The position numbers and the translations under genes are program-made. A DNA stretch of 64,000 bases. It comes from the human T2T-CHM13v2.0 reference genome, Homo sapiens. Position 1 is the stretch's first letter, and the number at the start of each line of letters is the position of its first letter. Below are positions 25,601 to 44,584 of this stretch, piece by piece. The notes under the pieces are model-generated. The model worked only from the letters and a program-made list of their open reading frames with translations. It was not told where the DNA came from and did not search any database. The stretch lies in assembly GCF_009914755.1 (NCBI RefSeq), contig NC_060925.1; one strand, given 5' to 3'.

Positions 25601-25919
25601 ACACCATGAGCGATCAGGCCAAGCTTCCGCTCAGGTGGAGTGGGGCAAGTTGAAAAGACTTGTCTTACTAAGTTTCAGATGTCTGGACTCCAAGTGCCAG
25701 TTCCTTCCTGGTGTTCAGCCACTGTGTTAATCCTCCGCGGGGATCACTGCTCTGGCGAGGCGTTCAACCAGGGCCATTTCCTACCTGGGAGCGCTCTTTG
25801 GATCCCATCCCTCAGGCTGGCCAGAGTCCCTGGCAGCCTGAGGGATGCCCCGGCCTTACTCCACAAGGCATGCCTAATCTGCCTAAGGAGCTGCCTCGGC
25901 CGTCCATCAGTTATCTTGC

Positions 25920-25937
25920 TTCCAGGTCAGGGAACCA
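25920..25937 (-). promoter_or_regulatory. Primer binding site for tRNA-Glu
   Basis: The - strand reads TGGTTCCCTGACCTGGAA, one mismatch from the complement of the tRNA-Glu 3' end (TGGTTCCCTGACCGGGAA). Confidence 0.9.
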
Positions 25938-25942
25938 AGAAA

Positions 25943-26391
25943 TGTAGCAGGACAAGCGGCAGACAAAACTCTCAGACACCGAGTTGTAGAAGGAAGGGTG
26001 TTATTCACCTGGGAGCATCGGATAGCTACTGTCTCAAAATCCGAGCTCCCCAAGTGCACAATTTCTGTCCCTTTTAAGGGCACACAGCACTAAAGATGTC
26101 ACATGAAAGGGTCGTGATTGATTTGAACAAGCCAGGGATATGCGACAAGGACTACATGCACCCGTGGTCAGGGAGAAACAGAATATGGAAGGGAGTTTCA
26201 CAATGTTCTTCTATACAATGTCTGGAATCTATGAATAACATCGGCTTCTAAATCATAAGTTGATTTGTAACTACTGGGTTTAGGCCAACCAGGCCCAGGC
26301 CTGGTTTTGTGCCTTTGATTTTGCTTCCTTGTTGTTTTTACTGAATAGAAAACAATATAAAACAAGAGGACAGGGTCTTTCTCTCTTCTCA
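25943..26391 (-). repeat. HERV-E 5' LTR (LTR2 family), adjacent to the salivary promoter
   Basis: Direct repeat of 18551-19019 with an internal deletion of about 20 bp; followed on - by the PBS. Confidence 0.93.
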
Positions 26392-26954
26392 ATATCAGCA
26401 CTGGATTGTAGAACTTGTTGCTGATTTTGGCCTGGCATTCAAGTTAACTCTTCCCCTTGGTATCTGTACATACCTTTGATGTCAGTGTTTAGTACACGTG
26501 GCTTGGTCACTTCATGGCTAAAAACGTGCTTGTGGAAGACAAGTCTGGCTTGGTGAGTCTGTGTGGTCAGCAGTCTCTGATCCGTGCAGGGTATTAATGT
26601 GTCAGGGCTGAGTGTTCTGAGATTTATCTAGAGGCTGGGAAGGGCTCCTGAACCAGTTGTTTCCGTCTTGTCGGTCTGTCAGGGTTGGAAAGTCCAAGCC
26701 ATAGGACCCAGTTTCCTTTCTTAGCTTACGTTATCTACCAGAGCACCGTGGGCTGTTACTTGCCTTGAGTTGGAAGCGGTTCGCATTTATACCGGTAAAT
26801 GTATTCATCCTTTTAATTTATGTAAAGTTTTTTAGTATGCAATTCTCGATCTTTTAAGAGTTGACAACAAATTTTGGTTTTCTGCTGTTATGTGAGAACA
26901 TTAGGCCACAGCAACATGTCATTGTGTAAGGAAAAATAAAAGTGCTACCATATG

Positions 26955-26986
<32 letters not shown>
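26392..26986 (+). pseudogene. Gamma-actin processed pseudogene, main 3'UTR piece with poly(A) tail
   Basis: ACTG1 3'UTR-like sequence, AATAAA at 26935-26940, and an A-rich tail at 26956-26986. It lies about 200 bp upstream of the amylase ATG, the known arrangement at AMY genes. Confidence 0.92.
26640..26794 (+). promoter_or_regulatory. Salivary promoter and non-translated first exon within the actin pseudogene
   Basis: Donor CCG|GTAAAT at 26794/26795 and acceptor CTTACAG|G at 27151/27152 upstream of the ATG. AMY1 is known to be transcribed from within the gamma-actin insert. The start coordinate is approximate. Confidence 0.7.
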
Positions 26987-26999
26987 CATTAATGTCTAA

Positions 27000-27165
27000 G
27001 AGGTCATTGAGATGATTTCCATGAGAGACTTTTTGATGTTCTTCACCAGTTAGGATTATTATTGATAATCCTTTTCAGATTATGAATAAACAGTTTGCCC
27101 TCAAGTATTTATTCATGCTACTATTTACATTGTAAAATGTGCTTCTTACAGGAATATAAATAGTT
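27000..27165 (+). promoter_or_regulatory. Ancestral pancreatic-type proximal promoter with TATA box
   Basis: TATAAAT at 27155-27161, about 40 bp before the ATG. A TCCATGAGAGA element lies at about 27018-27028, and forkhead-like AATAAACA/TATTTATT motifs at about 27085-27113. Confidence 0.6.
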
Positions 27166-27197
27166 TCTGGAAAGGACACTGACAACTTCAAAGCAAA

Positions 27198-35387
<8,190 letters not shown>

Positions 35388-35395
35388 AATTTAAA

Positions 35396-35401
35396 ATTAA
35401 A
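35396..35401 (+). terminator. Poly(A) signal ATTAAA of the + amylase gene
   Basis: ATTAAA begins 9 nt after the stop codon. A second AATAAA is at 35478-35483. The mirror copy is at 58301-58306 on -. Confidence 0.65.
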
Positions 35402-35499
35402 TGCAAATCCGCAAAGCAATAGCTAAGTGTGTTTCTTTTCTTACATATACAGTAATAGTTACATATCATTAATTTTAAATAAAAGCTCTAATTAGTAAA

Positions 35500-38400
35500 A
35501 AGAGGTTTAAGACACTTGATAGTATGAAATACAATTCCAGGTTACACATAAGTTATTTATTTTGGCAAAAGGATGACTCAAAAATTTTAAAACTAGGCAA
35601 CAATCTTTACTCATTAAGAGGTAAGACTTAGCTTTCCAAACAGTTTGTCTCCTGTCTACTCTTTTCTCTCCTTGGCATTCTACCAACAAGGCAAACCAAA
35701 TATTTCATTATTCTTCTCTATTACATGAAAAATCTGTACAAGGGAAGGAAAGCCAAATTTTACCCTTACATAGGTTTCAAAAGAATCCTTTTTCCATAGG
35801 CAACATTTACATTTTTATGCCTTTTTATAATCTTTTACCACAAACACATTTAAGTGTTCCTACACACCTTGCATGTAAATTTATTTTTAGTTGTCTTATT
35901 TACATATTTTTATGGTCAATCTTAGCAATTTTTAACTTTAATGTAAACCTGGTAAGTTGTTTTAATTATGTACTAGATGCAGATAAAGTCTGACTTTTTC
36001 CATTCTAGTTAGGGCATGGTTAATTTCATATGTCCCCAGGCCTTACCAAGTTGTAAAGTAGGCAGCCTACAACCTTGAAATATTTAGCAAGCCTTTTATC
36101 TAATTTATGTGATTTAAACCTGCTATTTACATATTGATGATATTTGCATTTTCCAATTTGATCTTTAAAACAGTTTTTATTTCTTAGAGTTTAAAAACAC
36201 ATAAACTAAAAGGCATTACGGTTTTAACTTTCCTCTAAAATATTTGATTTAAGTGCTTATTTTTATTTAAGGCAATCAATTGGTCCTCGTTACAGACATC
36301 ACACACAACACATATATTGCTACACAGACAAACAGAAGAAGATCCAGTAGCTCTAAGATTTCTTCTCGTCCCATTTCCTAATTGCATTACTGGCTTCCCA
36401 GTAGAGCCCTTTAAGAACAGGGATAGCAAACCACGAAGTTTCTAGGGCCTAATCAACTTGTATAGCTGTAAGACAAAAACAGATTTTGAGCAGGATTGAT
36501 CAGCCTCTAGATTCTGGGATTCCATGAGGAAAACAGAGGTTTCTCCCAAAATGGAATCCATCATGCATTTTCTGTTTTTCCCAAAACGTTTCAGGCCACC
36601 AGAAGTTATCTTGTGTGCATTAAGAGTGGAAAGACAGAGTGGAGAACAGTAATTCAGTCAATGGAAAAGTTCTTTTCAAGAAAAACACGATCCAAGAAGA
36701 CAAAAACATGCAGGTCTTTTAAATATACCTATAACTTGAATATCCACTTTTAATCAAGCTCAGCACCCTTTCAGAAAATCCTTTGACATCTTCTGTTTCC
36801 TGACTTTAGCTAAATCAAGCAGGTAATATTTCTGGCTTTTGAATTTTACCAAAGGTAACATCACAGGGGAAACTAAAAACTCTCCGTTAGGTTATAAGTT
36901 CACCGTTAGTATACAAGATATTTTATAAGTGGTGGTAAGCAGCTTTTACCAGATCTAGAACCTTTAAAGTCAGTTGAGAGAAAGGAAGATTTCAGAAAGG
37001 CAGTTAGAGTTTTTCATGGCGGAGCACGAGATGATTAAACGTCACACAGTTGTTAACTGGAAAGTATTCATCACCCAGGCTGGGATTGAACCTGGGTCAC
37101 CATTGTAAAAAGGCAACGGCTGAAAAGTGGTACTACCACATGGTTACAGGTTATGCTTAAGGACATAAAACAAGTCGGAGACATGCAGCAAAGTTTGTTA
37201 CTGACCAGTTTATGAGGGTGTCTTGAACAGTGAGCTCAAGGAGTCTCAGGCCTGGATTCCATTCCAAGGTACCCTCTGTCTGACTTTTTCTTCTATTTTC
37301 TCTCCTTTTCCTGAGCCTCCTCCTAGTACGTCTTATGAAAGACTGAGGTGGCTACTCTTAGAAGGTTTTCTAAGGTGCCTTCTAGTCCTATAGCCTGTTT
37401 CTGTAGCTTCCTTCAAATATCAGGAGCTGCTTGAGTAAACCTGTCTTTCAAGATGAGCTGTCCCTCAATTGAATTACGAGATAGGGAAGCATGTTTTGCC
37501 AAAGTCTCTCTCAGCCTTTATAAAAAGGCTGAGGGATTTTCATCTGGGTTTTGATCTATCATGGATAGCTTAGAGTAGTTAACAGGTTTGGCTCTGGTCC
37601 CCTGTAAGACTTCTACCGTATACATCTGAAAGTGTTTCTATTTTTCAATCATCTATGGGCTTAGTAGAGTTCCAATTAGAGTTTTCAAGGGATACTGCCT
37701 CTTTTCCTACTGGGAATGGGGATTCTGCCTGTTTCTCACCCTCTTTCCCTTTTTGACTGGCTATAGGAAACATGCTGCTCATCTCTGATTTTTTCTGCTA
37801 CCTGTAGGGCTGCCTGTCTCTCAACAGCAGTTAGGGTTTCAGAGTAACATAACATCCTTCTAGGAGAGTTTAAATACTTGGGTTATATCCTGGAAGGCCT
37901 CTATACATGAGAGAAGTTGGCACTTGCCCAGAGCGAACTTCAGGCTCTGAAGTCTAAAGAATAACTCAAGGGGAATGCAGGCTTGAAGATGGGGTGTTAC
38001 CCATGCATAAAAAGAGGGGAGTAGAAGGTGTCCCTTAGTCTCCTTTCAACTTTTGAAGTGACCCAGGTTGAAGAGAAAGATTACAGGGGTGTCCCTCTTC
38101 TCTTTCCTCCCATCTCCTTTGGGTCCTGGCAACCATCATAGGTGCAGCCCATGGATGCAAGCATGAATTGCACCCATGTATCTGGAGGTGCTAGTTGGCA
38201 GGGGTAGTCATGCTTACCAGCACAATGCCTCATCTCACTGCCCTTCTGGGTTCCTAGGCCTCCCAGGAGATTGTACAGTAGATAAAGTTGGGTGAGACAC
38301 TTTAACAGAGGGAGTGTTTTAACCCTATTCCTGCTTCCTCTAGCTATGGCCCTGGAAAAGCAGTGCATTCCCAGAAAATTTTACCCATTGCCTTTTAAAC

Positions 38401-38743
38401 ACAAAATCCCCTTTCTGATTAAATGCCAATGTTGTTGGAAGCAGAACAGGTGCCTCAAAAGAACATATGGATTTAATGGCTGTCCTCCTTCTGATGGGAA
38501 CAGCACTGAGGCTAGAATTTGTCTCTCAAGGGTGGCTTCCTCCCAACTGTTGAATGCGGAGTTTTTTTCCCTACAAATGGGGCATAGAGTCTGCTTGCTG
38601 ACAGAGGAACACAAAAGTGGAAGAAATCTGGGTATTAGAGGTTTTTGGCAAAGGGCCAACAAGACTCTATGCAGAAAAAAATCCTATCTCATGAGGTGGT
38701 GCTGTAGGTTTTGAAAATTTAGGTAAAATCTGTGACTCTAAAT
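35500..38743 (-). mobile_element. ERV1 (MER4-group) internal remnant 3' of the amylase gene, cut at 38743
   Basis: Mirror of 54959-58200, which carries a gag capsid remnant. The inner boundary is approximate. Confidence 0.72.
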
Positions 38744-39271
38744 ATTGATTAAAAATCTTAAATCAATATTTGAAAGTTCTTAAATATGGATTTGAGTTTC
38801 TTAAAGTAGTCAAACTTGTTAACTTCTGTCCCTAAGAGATCTAAATTCCTATTTTAAATGAAATTCAATTAGCTACATGTCTACAAGAAAAGGCATATAT
38901 TACTCTTTTATTCAGATCACTCTCGTAAAAAAATTACCTGAGTAGCATCATTGTAGTTCTCGATATCTCCACTTCCAGTTTTACATTTACCATCATTGAA
39001 ATCCCATCCAGAATATGGGACTGCTGGAAAGTCCCTACTTCCAGGGTTGAAGTAACTTCCACAGGTACTGCTTGTTCCTGCACTCACAGCGTTACCACAC
39101 ATATGATTAATTACAGCATCCACATAAATACGAACCTAGAAAACAAAGTTTCTACTTCAGTGTGACTTACAGAGAGGTAGAAATTTAAAGCATTATTGAT
39201 GCAAGTTTATAGTATGTTAATAAAACTCCAAAATATTTCATGATATCTTATAATTATTTTCCTACAAGATC
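38743..39271 (-). pseudogene. Orphan amylase fragment: coding exon 3 (38938-39135) with flanking intron pieces, probably AMY2A-like
   Basis: The 198-nt exon encodes the same peptide as 28661-28858, with 3 synonymous differences (AAT>AAC, TTT>TTC, TAT>TAC). AG and GT are intact and the flanking introns are visibly more diverged. No neighbouring exons are present. Confidence 0.92.
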
Positions 39272-42200
39272 TAATTCCTATCTCTAGTGTTCTTACTTTC
39301 CCTACCTCACTATGTTGTAAAAGTTAAGAAGCTATGATTCATAACAGCATTTTTACAGAAGAGCTGAGTCTTTTTGGGCAGTGCCTCTAAGGTAAAGGTG
39401 TAATCACAACCTCAAGAAAGTATCCGTAAAAAGGAATCAAATAGAACAAAAGGAAGTTTTCCTACTTATATACAGCTGAAACTCATTTCATTAAAGGAAC
39501 AGAATAATTTTATGTGGGAAATATTTTCACCTTTGAGTGATGTTCTGACAGATGAAAGATTTGGGGGTACAAAAATGGAAGACTGTATTATGGCAAGGAT
39601 ACAAATTTTCTAAATTGGGATAAATACCCTACTTCCAAAAAACCAAAAGCCCAATAAAACTCAATGCCAGACAAGTATAAAATAATTATAAAAAAGATTA
39701 CAATAAAAAAAGTGAAACTGCATTGATATCCATGTAAGAATTTTTAAAGGCAGTTTTTATAATCATAAATAAAATATATTATAAAATTGCCTTAAAAAGA
39801 AATTATGTAATCATCTAGTTATGTTCTGCTGCACATCTTAAACCAGGTAAACAAAAAATGCAAACACTATTCCATTGGAAAGAAAACAATTTATTATATC
39901 TGAGGAAAGTCATTACAATACATGTAATATATTTCCAATTTACTGATTTAAAGGCGTATGGATTTAATTTTTAAATACACTTTCAAAGCTGTTATGCACA
40001 GTTCCATAGTCCAGGTGGTCAATTTCTTCTTCTCAAAGTTGCAAAGCACTTGAAGGACATGGGAATCCAAAGAAACCTAAAAACATCATAAAAGCCCATT
40101 AAAAATAGTAAGTATAACACAGGTCATTAGTTTAAAAATAACTGAGAGCTGAACCATTTATATTTAGAAAATTAGTGAATCATGTCAGTTTAACAAAATT
40201 TATGTAAATGAACTGCTTATAAAGAAACTGATTTATAACATTTACAAAATCATTTCAACTATGCCTATAGAAAAATAATTACATTTTCAATATCTATAGG
40301 TTTTGTACTTTTAAGGTGATAATAACCAAATTTTCAATTGTTTTCATAGAACTAAGAATAGTATCAGATTTTTCAACAAAGAAACACAGAGGCGCCAACC
40401 CTTTATTTTCCTAGTTATTAATATCAGGTTGGGTGCCTATGTTGATACTAGGTACCTAACCATTTTACTCTAACAAACGAGTATCCAAACTGCTCAGTCC
40501 TTAGAATTACTAAGGAAACCTTTTCAAATCTGATTCTGATACTCCATTCCCAGAGATTCAGTTGTATTAGTTCTAGGATAGAGTATAGGAATCTTAATTC
40601 ATAAAAACTCTTCCTTGGTGGTTCTCAAACTTGGTTGCACATTAAAATCAGCTTGAGAGGTTCATTCCAACATCTGTGCTACACTCTCAACACATCAAAT
40701 GAAAATTCTGACCAAGGGAACCAGGCATCAACACATTTCTTAAGGACTTTTTTAGGAGGGAGAGGTTCTTACTCTGTCAACCAAGCTAGAATGCAGTGGA
40801 GTGATCATGGCTCACTGCAACCTCAACCTCGGGGGCTCAAGTGATCCCCTTGCTTTAGTCTCCCAAGTAGCTGAGACCAGAGGTGCAAGCTATTTATTAC
40901 TAGCTATTTGTCCAAAGGTAAATAAATGAGTATATCAAAGAGATAACCACACTCTCATATTTATTGCAATATTCACAATAGCAAAGATATGAAATCAACC
41001 TCTGTCCATCAATGGATGAATGAATAAAAACAACATGGTATATATATACACAGTAGAATACTTTTTGTCCATAAAAAAGAATGAGATTTTATCATTTACA
41101 GCAAGATGGATGGAACTGGAAGTCATTGTGTTGGGTGAAATAAGCCAGGCACAGAAAAACAAGTATCACATATCCTTATTCTTACATGAAAACTAAAAAT
41201 ATTGATCTCATGGAGGTAGAGAATAGAATTATAGATAGATACCAGAGGCTGGAAAGTTTCTCTGGGTGGGAGGAATAAAGAAAAGTTTGTTAATAGGTCC
41301 AAACATACAATTACTTGGAAGACATATGTTCTAATATTTCATAGCAGAGTAAGGTGACTACATATAAACAGCAATGTATTGTATATTCCAAAATAGCTAA
41401 AGGACTTGAAATGTTCTTAACATATGGAAATAATACTTGAGATTATGGACACCCTGGTTACTTTGATTTGATCATTATAAAGCTTAGGCAAGTAACAAAA
41501 TATTACATTTACCCTATGTGCATGTACAACTATATTAATGAAAAAATAGTCTTCTACAATAAAATTTTATTATTGTTAATCTAATTGAGAATTCATGATG
41601 ATTTAAAGATTATTTGGCAAAAATGTTGCCTGTGCAAAGCAAGCTTTCCTTCCTATGTTGTGCAAATTATTAAAGTAATATAAATATGTATATAACTTCA
41701 AAAAATGATATTTCAAAATATTGTTCTACAACACTCAAGCTTTTAATGTCACTGATATTATGTTTTCCAGTAACAGGTAATAATTTAGCACTCCCTGTAA
41801 GTTAAGTTCTCTATTAGCGTATTTATTTTTTCCAACAAACTTACAGACTGGATATTTAGGTCCAAAAACTTTAAATAGCTTGTCTCGCATTACTTAGCAA
41901 ATATATTGTATTTTTGAGATCTGACTTCAGACTCTATCTGTTGTATTACGCTAGTACTCCAATGCTAATCTCATTTTAATCCACTACAGGAGAACTATTT
42001 ACTCTCTCTCTGGAAAATTTTAGCACAGCTTTTTATATGATTTTCTGAAATACATATAGTATTATTTATATATATATTATTATTTATATATTATATATAA
42101 ATATATATAAATATACATAATATATAATATATAAATAATATTTCTATCAAGTTTATTTTTTATCTATGCATATTCTTAAGCTCCTAATTTTCTTTATCGT

Positions 42201-43817
42201 ATTTTCCCTAAAATGTATTCAAACTCAACTTAATTAGATTTTTAGTTTTATGGTGGTATAATTCACAAATTAAAATTATATATATTCAACGTGTACAATG
42301 TGAGGTTTTGAGTTTTTTTTAATTAGCCCTAGTTGAGAAAGGCAAATGCTTAATGGTACATACTAAAAAGTATTCAGGACAAGGCTGCTTAACATAAACT
42401 TGCTAATTACCAATCAATAGACTACTCAAATGCTTTTTTGATAAACAAAAGCTACAATTGTAGGTAGCGTATTTTTACTGGTTTCCTTTACACTGAAGCA
42501 TTTTTTCAACTAATATATATCTTACAAATAGTAAAATACATAAATCTTAAGCATATAGCATTATAATTTTTATAAGTGTATATATCCCTATCACCACCAC
42601 CCAAATCAAGCAAGATATGGACGATTTCCAGCTCCCACACCCCTGGCTCTCGCACTTTCTCAACCAGTTACTCACCAATGGTCATCATTATCATGAAATC
42701 TATCACGATGGATTTCCCTACTCCTCAATTTCATATAAATGGAAACTTGCTGTATGTAATCTTTTGAGTCTGACTTGTTTCACTCAGTTGAAATTTGTGA
42801 GAATCATCTATGTTTTGTGTAGCAGCAGTTCATTGTTTAATTGCTGTGTGGTATTCATCGCGGGAAGCAAAAGTAATTTATTTATTCATTCTACTGTGAA
42901 TGGGCATTTGTGTTGTTTTTAGTTTAGAAGTTATGACACATCAGTGATTTTATTTGATAAGAACCCTAGGAGTTGCTGAGTTATATAGAATCGATTGCCT
43001 TACACATGTTGTTTACGTTTTGCCTACTATTTTATATATTTCATCCTTGATCTGTTTGTCTCGCTACTGTTTGGAACAAACCTGGAGCTCCTTATAGGAA
43101 ATTGATATCTTTTTTTTTCTTTTCTCAACTTCTATTTTAGGTTCAGGAGGTACATGGGCAGGTTTGTTACGTGGGTAATTGCATGTTGCTGGGGTTTGGT
43201 GTACAAATGATTTCATCACCCAGCTAGTGAGCATAGTCCCCAGCAGGTAGTGTTTTGACCCTCACTCTCCTCTCACCCTGCGCCCATCAAGTATATTTTA
43301 AAAGGACTTTCACAATCAAGCTAATTAACATATTCATGTCTTCACATAGTTATCATGTGTTGGGAAAGGGTAATAGTTAAGATCTACACTCAGTGAACTT
43401 AAAGCATACATTATTACTAACTATTTTTACCCTGTTGTGCATTAGACCTCCATAACTTATTCATCTTATAATGGCAAGTTTTCATTGTTGTACCTGTAGT
43501 ATTTTTCATTCTCTGCCTGGCTTATTTCACTTGGCATAATATCCTCTAGGCTCGTTCATTTTGTTGGAAATGGCAGAATTTCATTCTTTTAAATACGGAA
43601 TAATATTCCGTTGTAGATAGATAGATAGATAAATAGACAGATAGATGATAGATATCATAATTTACATACCTACTCATCTGTCAACACTTAGATTGTTTCC
43701 ATATTTTGGTTTTTGTGAATAAAGCTGCAATGAACACAGGAATGCAGATATCTCTTCAAGATAGTGATTTTATTTCTATCGTATATAAAAGGAAAAGTAT
43801 ATAAAAGGTATATACCC

Positions 43818-44105
43818 TTTTTTTGAGATGGAGTCTCACTCTGATGCCCATGCTGGAGTGCAGTGATGCAATCTTGACTCATGGCAACCTCTGTCTCCCA
43901 AGTTCAAGCAATTCTCCCTGCCACAGCCTCCCAAGTAGCTGGGATTACAGGTGCCAACCACCACGCTGGGCTAATTTCTGTGTTTTTTAGTAGAGATGCG
44001 GTTTTGCCATGTTGGCGACTCTGGTCGTGAACTCCTGACCTCAGGTAATCTGCCTCCCTCACCTCTCAAAGTGCTGGGATTACAGGTGTGAGCCAACACA
44101 CCCAC
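43818..44105 (-). mobile_element. Alu, full length (paralog of 9452-9690)
   Basis: Antisense Alu flanked by AGGTATATAC direct repeats. Confidence 0.9.
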
Positions 44106-44553
44106 AGGTATATACTTTTATGCCTAAAAGTATAATTTCTGTAACATACGGTACATCTTTAATTATTTGAGGAGTGTCCATGCTGTATTCCATAATGGTT
44201 GTACCAATTTACATTCCCACCAAAACTCTATAAGGGTTCTCTTTTCGACACATTCTTGTCAACACTATTTATCTTTTGCCTTTTTGATATTAGCTATTTT
44301 GAAAGATGTAATGTGACATCTCATTTTGATTCCAGTTTATATTTCCCTCATGTTTAGTGATTTTGTGCACCTCTTCATTCATGTGTTGGCCGTGTGTAAA
44401 TCTTCCTTTGAAAAAATGTCTATTCAGGTCTCTTGCTCATGTTTTAATCAGGTTACTTTTTTTCTGATTATGAGTTTCTTATATGTTTTAGATATTAATG
44501 CATTATCAGATATATTGTTTTCAAGTACATTCTACCATTCCATGGGTGACTTT

Positions 44554-44584
<31 letters not shown>

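Larger units (their letters stand above)
18551..26391 (-). mobile_element. HERV-E endogenous retrovirus (amylase-associated provirus), defective, 7841 bp
   Basis: Two TG...CA LTRs, a tRNA-Glu PBS, gag/pro/pol/env remnants on -, and a 4-bp target duplication (ACAT 18547-18550 / ATAT 26392-26395) inside the actin pseudogene. Confidence 0.96.

Noticed and set aside
25640-26077. 145-aa ORF antisense to the HERV-E leader/LTR
   Set aside because: GC-rich repeat-derived frame with a GTG start and no homology I recognise.
38292-38714. 140-aa ORF duplicated at 54988-55410
   Set aside because: Antisense to decayed ERV internal sequence with a non-ATG start; identity reflects the recent palindrome only.
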